Below, piece after piece: positions 25,735 to 33,209 of a DNA stretch of 37,417 bases. The notes under the pieces were generated by a model. It ran no database searches. It saw nothing but the letters and a program-made list of their open reading frames with translations, and was not told the origin of the DNA. Position 1 is the stretch's first letter, and every line of letters starts with the position of its first letter. The position numbers and the translations under genes are program-made. Source of the DNA: Candidatus Sigynarchaeum calidifontis. GTDB taxonomy: Archaea; Asgardarchaeota; Lokiarchaeia; Sigyniarchaeales; Sigyniarchaeaceae. The DNA lies in the NCBI GenBank assembly GCA_030587475.2, contig JAUQYZ020000008.1, positions 1 to 37,417 on the forward strand, read 5' to 3'.

Positions 25735-27534
25735 ATGGCGTCCAACAACCCCGGCATGTCCACCACGAAACAGGTGAAGGAGTTACCTGATGAGCGGCAA
25801 GGCACGCTGGCGCGCTGGCGGCTGATCCTCGGCAAGAAGGCCGAGGAACAAGGCATCAGCGGCGCGGGAGCAAGTTTTGCCGGCCTTTTCGGGAAAGGCC
25901 CTGGTAGCGAGGGTGATGGCGAGGCTGGTGCCGATGGCGAGACCGGAGAGGGTGACGGGTCCGGGCAAGAAGGCGAAGAAGAGATGATGGACGCGCTGCT
26001 AGCAGAGGCCATGGAAGGGCTAGACGGTGAAGGTGCCGAGGAGGAGGGGGCTAGCACCTCGGAGCTGGGCGATCCGGGCACGGACGGCCAACCGGCGGCC
26101 AGTACAAGTGGTCAGAACCCGCCCGGGCACCAAAAGCCGGGTCCCGCGCCCGGTGATAGCCAAGTCTTGGAAAGTGAGAGCCCCGGGTCCCGCGCGTATC
26201 GTAAAGGCCGTGCAAGCACGAAGGCCGGTGGGACGCCTGGGGCCAGCAAGCCGGGCGGCACGCCTGGTGGTACACCCGGGGCGATGCCCGGGACTGGCGA
26301 TGGCCCCGGTGCGGGTGGAAATGCAGCCGGGGCGATGCCCGGGGGAGGCATGGGAAGGCCGGGGAGCCGTCCTTTCCCCGGTGGCGGTGCCCGTCGCGGT
26401 GGCATGGCAAGCACGCCAGGTCAAGGATCCCGAAAGGGGCAAGCGAGTGGCCGTGGCGGGCCGGGTGCCCAGGCTGCCGGCAACGTGGGAAAGGCTAACA
26501 AGGCCCGCGCGATGCAAAAATTCAAAGACCTGGACGATACGCTCGATTTCGTCTACAATCCAAGCAAGGAACGGGGCGCTGGCTTGAGCTCGAGCGGCCT
26601 ATCCATTCCGAAATGGCTAGAAAACGTGAAGGAACTGTTCCCGGGGCAGGCCAAGGAAGTCCTCGAGAAGGACTTGATCAAGAAATCGAACATCGCCGAC
26701 CTCGTTCGCAATCCCGAGCTCTTCGAGAAGGTGGAGCCGAGCATCGAGATGGTCAAGACCATCATCGCGCTCAAGCACATGCTGCCGGCCGATGTCAAGG
26801 CGGTGGCCCGGAAGGTCGTGGCGCGCGTGGTTGAGGACCTGAAGGAAAAGCTGAAAACCGAGGTCGAGCGACACATCGTCGGCGCGATCAAGCGTGACAT
26901 CCACACGCCCATAAAGATCTTCAGGAACATCGACTGGCGCCAGAGCATCCGGAGGAACATGAAGAATTACGACCCGCCGAAGCGGCGCATCATCATGGCC
27001 GAGCCACGTTTCTTCTCCAACGAGAAGCGCAAGAAACCGTGGCAGATTATCGTCTTGATCGACGAGAGCGGCTCGATGGCGGATTCGGTGATCTATTCCG
27101 TGGTCATGGCATCGATCTTCGCGACGCTCCCCGCGCTGCACACCAACTTGTGCATATTCGACACGCGTGTCGTCGACCTTTCCGACAAGGTGCAAGATCC
27201 CGTCGACATCCTTATGAGCGTCCAGCTCGGCGGCGGCACCGACATCACGGGCGCGGTGCGGTACGGGCGGTCGCTGATCAAGAATCCGAAGAAGTGCATC
27301 ATGGTCGTGATCTCGGATTTCTACGAGGGGCGGCCCGAGCCCGACCTGATCCGCGAGTTCAAGCTGGTGCTGGAGGGCGAGACGAAGGTGCTCGGGCTCG
27401 CGGCACTCGGATCCGATGCCCGCCCCGTGTATAACGTTCCGATGGCGAAACATTTGAAGGAAATCGGCATCGACGTCATCGCATCGACACCGGAGAATCT
27501 CGCCGAGATCATCGGGAGGCTGATGAGCAAGTGA
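25735..27534 (+). CDS. VWA-domain protein (YehP/CoxE-like) with large Gly-rich insertion
   Basis: RWRLILG N-terminus; MIDAS DESGSM, LGGGTDI, ISDFYEG. Confidence 0.9.
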   Translation: MASNNPGMSTTKQVKELPDERQGTLARWRLILGKKAEEQGISGAGASFAGLFGKGPGSEGDGEAGADGETGEGDGSGQEGEEEMMDALLAEAMEGLDGEGAEEEGASTSELGDPGTDGQPAASTSGQNPPGHQKPGPAPGDSQVLESESPGSRAYRKGRASTKAGGTPGASKPGGTPGGTPGAMPGTGDGPGAGGNAAGAMPGGGMGRPGSRPFPGGGARRGGMASTPGQGSRKGQASGRGGPGAQAAGNVGKANKARAMQKFKDLDDTLDFVYNPSKERGAGLSSSGLSIPKWLENVKELFPGQAKEVLEKDLIKKSNIADLVRNPELFEKVEPSIEMVKTIIALKHMLPADVKAVARKVVARVVEDLKEKLKTEVERHIVGAIKRDIHTPIKIFRNIDWRQSIRRNMKNYDPPKRRIIMAEPRFFSNEKRKKPWQIIVLIDESGSMADSVIYSVVMASIFATLPALHTNLCIFDTRVVDLSDKVQDPVDILMSVQLGGGTDITGAVRYGRSLIKNPKKCIMVVISDFYEGRPEPDLIREFKLVLEGETKVLGLAALGSDARPVYNVPMAKHLKEIGIDVIASTPENLAEIIGRLMSK

Positions 27535-27541
27535 CAGCAAG

Positions 27542-28300
27542 GTGGGACGTGGGCTGAAGGTCCAAGACTTGAGGCCGGGATCCCCGGCGTCCGTGACCGT
27601 CCGGCTGGTGGGTCGCGAGAAGGGACGGTACGAGATCGACCAGGATGGGAACCGCAAGCTCGCCTACGTTGTCAAGGCGGCGGACGAGACCGGCCATGTT
27701 TTTCTCGTGGCACGCGGTGCGGAAGGGAAGGCGCTCGTGCGCCTTGTCGGGGGAGTCATCTCCGTCACGGGTGGGCAGGTCCTGGCCGGTGAAAATGGGC
27801 TCGTGCTAAGGCTCGACGAGCCCGGTTGCTGGTTCGGGGTCGATGTTCCAGGGTTTCCATCGATCGATGAATGCAAGCGCAGCGAATTACTGCACGAGAT
27901 ATCCGCTATCGATTCCCTCCAGGTCAACAAGTGTTATCATGTTCAAGTAGTCGGTATCTATTACACGGGCAACGATCAATATGTCTCCGGGCTTCCATCC
28001 GGTACAGAATTGGAGTTAAAAGCAGAACCCGAAAACCGGTACGATCCGTTTGCCGTTAGCGTCTGGCACAAGGGAAAAAAGCTGGGATACATTCCCCGGG
28101 CAGAAAACAAGCCATATTTCAAGGCATTGATCGAAGGAATCATGCCCGTGCGTTGCGTGCTTGGTTGCTTCATCCCAAAGGGAGAATCTGCACGGCGATA
28201 CTACACCCCTCCCCGTGCGAACGTCACGATATCCACGTACTTCGAAGCAGTGGAATGGCGACCGCTGGTGATGATGCCGGAGGACGCCATGGGGCTGTGA
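27542..28300 (+). CDS. SSB/RPA-like OB-fold fused to a HIRAN domain
   Basis: KVQDLRPG..VTVRLV..AADETGHVFLV resembles archaeal SSB OB folds; VVGIYY..AEPENRYDPFAVSV..KLGYIPR is the HIRAN signature. Confidence 0.8.
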   Translation: MGRGLKVQDLRPGSPASVTVRLVGREKGRYEIDQDGNRKLAYVVKAADETGHVFLVARGAEGKALVRLVGGVISVTGGQVLAGENGLVLRLDEPGCWFGVDVPGFPSIDECKRSELLHEISAIDSLQVNKCYHVQVVGIYYTGNDQYVSGLPSGTELELKAEPENRYDPFAVSVWHKGKKLGYIPRAENKPYFKALIEGIMPVRCVLGCFIPKGESARRYYTPPRANVTISTYFEAVEWRPLVMMPEDAMGL

Positions 28301-28741
28301 TGCCGCTCCGGGTGGATCCTTTCAACCGGATGGTCGCGATCCCCATCCCGACGTGGTTTCTCGTTCTCTCGATGATATGAAAGGATATGGCTTCTATCGT
28401 GCTTGGCAGCCTGCAATCATGCATTGGTTATTAACACGTTGAAAATTTCCAGCGAGATCTCTATCAGAATGAAAATAATGATTCAAAGGGCACTTAACAT
28501 CCTTTTTTCCTTATACATTCAAATTTCATTTGGATACTGCCAAACAAAAGCAGTATCAATAAAAGATTTTTAGTCCGGTTATATGCCGAAAACCCCTTTC
28601 AAGCACGGGATGATCTGGAAAAAATAGCAAATTTTAGCATCCGTTGATAGTCTGCCTCCACGACAATGAAGATCGGGATCATCTTGGAAAATAATGAAGA
28701 CCGCGATATTTTGTCGGCGAAAATAGGATTTTGCATGCCGC

Positions 28742-28760
28742 CTCCGAAAAATTTATAAGT
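28742..28760 (+). promoter_or_regulatory. BRE/TATA promoter of histone gene
   Basis: CGAAAAA-TTTATAAG ~90 bp upstream of the ATG. Confidence 0.6.
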
Positions 28761-28849
28761 GGCTTGCACGAAACATCACATAACAGCACACGCGGAGTAA
28801 AGAATTGCTGTTGAAATAAAGATAAAAAACTATAGAAAAGGTCAGAAAA

Positions 28850-29059
28850 ATGGCAAAACGAATCCTTGCATGGAGTCCTATACGCGAATTGATGAAAAAA
28901 AGCGGCGCAGAAATGGTCTCGAAAGACGCTGTAGATGCCTTGATCTCGATCCTCGAGGAGAAGGCGATCTTCCTCACCACGAGGGCATTGGAATTCTGCC
29001 GCCACGCGGATCGCAAGAAGCTCACGAAAGAAGATATGGATCTCGCAATCAGCATGTAA
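28850..29059 (+). CDS. Archaeal histone (HMf-type histone fold, no tail)
   Basis: AWSPIRELMKKSGAEMVSKDAV..RHADRKKLTKEDMDLA; 69 aa. Confidence 0.95.
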   Translation: MAKRILAWSPIRELMKKSGAEMVSKDAVDALISILEEKAIFLTTRALEFCRHADRKKLTKEDMDLAISM

Positions 29060-29068
29060 GATCGTCGG

Positions 29069-29097
29069 GTTTATCTCTTCTATTTTTTATCTATTTG
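29069..29097 (+). terminator. T-rich terminator after histone
   Basis: TTTATCTCTTCTATTTTTTATCTATTT. Confidence 0.55.
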
Positions 29098-29290
29098 TAC
29101 ACGTCGCTTTCAAAGTGGCCATTCGACGCCTGAACCGTCCAGGACGATGGATGGCCTTCTGGCCTCGCGTGCCCGTAACTCGGCTTTTAACAAGAAGCGT
29201 TTGCCCGCGCGTCCTTGACCAGGTGATAATGCATGGCGAGCGTTTAGTCTGAAGGGAGGAATGATGCGTGGACATCAGAAAGAAAACCAT

Positions 29291-30415
29291 CTACAAGATC
29301 ATGACCCTCTTCCCCCGTGACGCCTCGTAGCAGGCCTCGATGAGCTCGTGTATCTTGAGAGCGTCCTCCAGCGGCGTTGGCGGGGGCGTGTTGTCGATCA
29401 CGGCCCGCAAAAACGCCACGGTCTCGTAGAAATACGCGTGGCTCGGCGGGACCTTCATGCCCTTGAACACAGTCCCCAGGAAGGCGGCTTGTATCTCGTC
29501 TTGCCCGACCTTCACGTCCGGCTCCGACAGTACCTTGTAGTGCAGCGACCCGATGCCGAGCATGCCGGGCACGATCTCGAGCACGGCGTTCTTGAAGTAG
29601 AACTCGCCGCGTCGCGAGTCGCGGTCAGCGGCGTACCAGACGGATGTCAGGCTCCCCGACGCCCCGTTCTTGAAGTTGAGCAGCACCGTCGCCGAGTCCT
29701 CGATGTCCGGCTTGTTGTTGAAATACTTGACCGACGCTGCGAGCGACTCGACGTCCCCGCAAATCTGGACGAGCTGGTCCATGTCGTGAATGCTGTGCTC
29801 GAACAGCGTGCCGTGGTACGCGAGGTTCTTGTCCGCGCGCCATGTCGATGGATGGCGCCCCGTGCCGAGGTACGGGTAATCCTGGTCGTCGCGGAAGATC
29901 ACGTTCTGCATCGGGCCGAAGTCCTTGGCCTTCTCGGCGACCAGCCGTTTCACGTACCAGTAGAGCGGGTCGAACCGCAAGACCAGCCCGACCTGGCACT
30001 TGACCTTCCCCGCGTCCCTCGCGGCGATCATCTCCTTGATCTGGGGAATCGTGCCGAGCGGTTTCTCCACGAACACGTGCTTGCCGTGGCGCGCCGCGTC
30101 GACGACGAACTCGGCGTGGAATTTCGTGGGCGTGCACACGTAGATGACGTCGATGTCCTTGTCCTTGCAGAGATCGTGGCCATTGGTCGTCCGGACCGGC
30201 ACCTCGTAGAGATCCGCGCGTTGGGCCAGCGTGCCCTCGTCCGTGTCCGCGATGGCGTGGAGCTTGATGTCGGCTTGCCCGGCGAACACTTCCTCGTCGA
30301 TGCAGTTCATGACCGACATGGCATGCATGTTCCCCATGAGGCCGCAGCCGATGATCCCGACGTTGATGCGCTTCATGGTTCGAGGATCCGCCTTAAAGGG
30401 AATAAAGCTATTCAT
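29291..30415 (-). CDS. Gfo/Idh/MocA-family NAD(P)-dependent oxidoreductase
   Basis: VGIIGCGLMG, VCTPTKFH, GKHVFVEKP, EHSIHDMD; ATG overlaps the upstream stop (ATGA). Confidence 0.92.
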   Translation of the reverse strand: MNSFIPFKADPRTMKRINVGIIGCGLMGNMHAMSVMNCIDEEVFAGQADIKLHAIADTDEGTLAQRADLYEVPVRTTNGHDLCKDKDIDVIYVCTPTKFHAEFVVDAARHGKHVFVEKPLGTIPQIKEMIAARDAGKVKCQVGLVLRFDPLYWYVKRLVAEKAKDFGPMQNVIFRDDQDYPYLGTGRHPSTWRADKNLAYHGTLFEHSIHDMDQLVQICGDVESLAASVKYFNNKPDIEDSATVLLNFKNGASGSLTSVWYAADRDSRRGEFYFKNAVLEIVPGMLGIGSLHYKVLSEPDVKVGQDEIQAAFLGTVFKGMKVPPSHAYFYETVAFLRAVIDNTPPPTPLEDALKIHELIEACYEASRGKRVMIL

Positions 30416-31620
30416 GGCGACACGTCCAGGACGTACACCTGGCGGCCACGCTCCCCGAGGCCGTCGAAGCAGAGCTGGCTGCCATCGCGGTTCCAGCGCG
30501 GGTGCGGGTCGCACCGGATGTCGCCGTTGATCTCGGGCGGGTTGTCGAACGCGGCGACCTCGTGCAGCGTCTCCGTGTCGCGTTCCACGACGTACACGCG
30601 CCGCTTGCCATCGATGACGTACGTGTCGGTCGCCATGAGCCGCTTGTCCGGCGAGACGTGCGGGTGGCCGTCCACGACGAGCTTGTCGGCCGCGATCACT
30701 CGCCAGCTCCCTTGTCCTACCTTGTCGGCCAGCTGCACGTGGCTCAAGTGTTTCTTGTCCGGCCAGCTCATCGTGACGACGAGCTCCTTGTCGTCGATCC
30801 ACTCGAAATGCGATATGCGGAGATAATAAGGCACGGCGAGATGGAGATCGGTACCGTCAACATTACAAGTCCACATCGCAGTGACTAGCGACCTGAAGAG
30901 ATCGGTGAACCGGGCGAGGAAGTGGATCCGCGTGTCCGAGTGGTTGAAGGCAACGTGCTCGATCCAGAACTGGATGCCAGCGTCGGCGAGCAGCTCGTCA
31001 TCAAGGCTCAAAGTGTCCGCGTTGGCCTTCCACACGTCGTCGAGCGTGATGACGAGCTTCGCGTCGCCCGTTCGCGCGTCCATCATGTAGATCCCGTCGT
31101 CCGCGGGATGCACGACGTCCTTGTTCTTATCGATGCCGAACGGGATGGACGTGACCCGGCGGTTCTTGCGCAGCCGGCCGAAATTGATGCACGCGGCGAG
31201 GTCGTGGTGGCGTGCCATCGCGTAGATCGGCATAGGCAGCGCCCGTTCCTCGCCCGTGACCACGTCGAGCACCCGCGACCACGCGCGCGTGGCGTCGCAG
31301 TCGTTGAAGACGATCTTGTGGCCGGCATCCGAGGGCAGCCAGTTGAGCATGGCCCCTTGCTGGAAGTTCCAGGCGTTGGTCTCGGCGATCAACTTGCTCT
31401 CGCCCGTCCGGAGATCCATAAGCAGGATCCCCGCCTTCTCGCCGATGCGAGGCATATGATCTTGAAAATCGGTCTCCAGGCAGATGAAATACCGCCCCGT
31501 GGCATCCCACGGGCAGATGCCATAGTAACCAAAGAAGTGGTGCTTGCCGTTCGCGGGAGTGAGTTGCCGAGGGGTCGAGAATTGCACGTTTTCACCCACG
31601 TAATGCATCAATTCCACCAT
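30412..31620 (-). CDS. TolB/oligogalacturonate-lyase-like beta-propeller protein
   Basis: HHFFGYYGICPWD, AWNFQQGAML, DGHPHVSPD, RCDPHPRWNRDG. Confidence 0.75.
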   Translation of the reverse strand: MVELMHYVGENVQFSTPRQLTPANGKHHFFGYYGICPWDATGRYFICLETDFQDHMPRIGEKAGILLMDLRTGESKLIAETNAWNFQQGAMLNWLPSDAGHKIVFNDCDATRAWSRVLDVVTGEERALPMPIYAMARHHDLAACINFGRLRKNRRVTSIPFGIDKNKDVVHPADDGIYMMDARTGDAKLVITLDDVWKANADTLSLDDELLADAGIQFWIEHVAFNHSDTRIHFLARFTDLFRSLVTAMWTCNVDGTDLHLAVPYYLRISHFEWIDDKELVVTMSWPDKKHLSHVQLADKVGQGSWRVIAADKLVVDGHPHVSPDKRLMATDTYVIDGKRRVYVVERDTETLHEVAAFDNPPEINGDIRCDPHPRWNRDGSQLCFDGLGERGRQVYVLDVSP

Positions 31621-31661
31621 TCAAAATGATATTTTTTTGAGGGACGGGAACATGGTATCCC

Positions 31662-33140
31662 GTGATTCAGATGATCGAACGACTCTATTGTCCCGACTTC
31701 TCGGCCGTGTTCGACGGCAAGTTTGCAAACCCGTTCGCGTACCCGCTCGTGGACTCGCTCCAGTGGCCCCTGCTCGTCGACATGCCCATGGATGCGGCGA
31801 CCAAGGAACTGCTGTCGCTCAAGGACGAGCGTAACCGGGAGATCTTCTACCATCGCAAGATAACGCTCGCGCAGTGGGACATCGAGAGGGCGTGCTCTGG
31901 ATTGGGGCACGTGCTGTTCCAAGCCCTCTATCTGGATGATGGACATCGCATCACGAACCACCAAGTCCTCGAGAATTGCACTGGCGTGAATGAACGCGCG
32001 TCTGCCATCATGTGTCCAGAACTCGCGGGTAACGATGTCGCGTACATGAAAAAAAACACGTCGATCGTGGCCGGCATCGTTTTTTATCCGTTATTTCAAG
32101 CCATCGATCTCGACGCGCCTGCTTTCCAGGCGGTCATGGCATACTGCGACGAGAACAAGATCCCGGTGAAGTGGGACTTCTACCAGTACTCGATCGCCAA
32201 GCCAGACACGGTGCAAGAATGGTTCCCGCGTATCCTTTCCATGCTCGCGAGGTACAAGAACGTGCAATTCATCTTTTCGGGACTTGATTTGCTCGACATC
32301 GAGATTGTTGTCCAGAAAATGAAGCATTACCCGCGCGCGTGGCTTGAAATCGACCTTCGGGTGATGGGCGGCATGAATCCGGCCGGTTTTTTCTCCCGCG
32401 TCTTCGCGCTGCCCGGCTTCATCAACAATTGCTGGGACCGGGTGGTCATTGGCAGCGCCACGCCGACGCTCGAGGCGTCGCAGCTCGTGCGGGGGCTGTG
32501 GGATGCATCCGAATCCTTGCCCTTCCAGCTGAAATGCCTCGTCCGCACGTGGTTGCCCCGCAACGCGCTCCGCGTGTTCAAGCTCCCCCTCGACAAGATC
32601 GCCACGGAACCCCATTTCTCGAAAATCGAGCGGTTCCAATGGAAGGAAACATCGAGAACGGTCGTGGAGCTGGGGGATTACAAGCAAGCCATCATCGATT
32701 TCGAGGTGCGGCTGGAGAGTTTCTCGATCACGCAGCTGCTCTGGCTCCAGCCGGCCATGGAAGCCACGTGGGCAGCCGCTCGCAAGGCCTTACCCCCGGT
32801 CGAGACGGGCGAGCTTCTCATCCGCACCTACCACACGACCACGTCGATGATCATGAACGAGCACGAGCGCGGCAATTACTTGCAAATGCATTACGATCTC
32901 GCAGCGAAGAGCCGGGATGACCCGACGAATGCGCTACACACGGTCGCTGCCGAGGAGAACCGCGCAGATTTCAACTACCCCGATCACATCTTGTCTTCGT
33001 CGATCGGGGACCGGAGCCTCACGATACCCATCGCCGCGAACAAGCTCGACATGGGCAGCCGCGAGAATGCCTACATCCTCGTAACGTTCGGGCCCCGCGG
33101 CGTCAGGCTCAAGTTCCGGTACACGCTCTACTGCAAGTGA
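31662..33140 (+). CDS. Degenerate amidohydrolase barrel fused to C-terminal YjbQ (UPF0047) domain
   Basis: Barrel-like GIVFYP..IPV..DRVVIGS..NALRVF; YjbQ motifs HTTTSMIMNEHE, HILSSSIG.SLTIPI..KLDMG..GPR. Confidence 0.7.
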   Translation: MIQMIERLYCPDFSAVFDGKFANPFAYPLVDSLQWPLLVDMPMDAATKELLSLKDERNREIFYHRKITLAQWDIERACSGLGHVLFQALYLDDGHRITNHQVLENCTGVNERASAIMCPELAGNDVAYMKKNTSIVAGIVFYPLFQAIDLDAPAFQAVMAYCDENKIPVKWDFYQYSIAKPDTVQEWFPRILSMLARYKNVQFIFSGLDLLDIEIVVQKMKHYPRAWLEIDLRVMGGMNPAGFFSRVFALPGFINNCWDRVVIGSATPTLEASQLVRGLWDASESLPFQLKCLVRTWLPRNALRVFKLPLDKIATEPHFSKIERFQWKETSRTVVELGDYKQAIIDFEVRLESFSITQLLWLQPAMEATWAAARKALPPVETGELLIRTYHTTTSMIMNEHERGNYLQMHYDLAAKSRDDPTNALHTVAAEENRADFNYPDHILSSSIGDRSLTIPIAANKLDMGSRENAYILVTFGPRGVRLKFRYTLYCK

Positions 33141-33209
33141 TCCCGTTCCGTCCCTCTTTTTTCCAATTCACGTGAATGGTTTTAAACACTGGCTCGTGCA
33201 TCCACTCGT

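Noticed and set aside
28430-28700. Replication origin
   Set aside because: No full ORB with G-string and no cdc6/orc1 gene; AT richness alone is insufficient.
30416-30802. 503-aa version of the oxidoreductase
   Set aside because: The extension overlaps the propeller gene; the true start fits the ATGA overlap at 30415.
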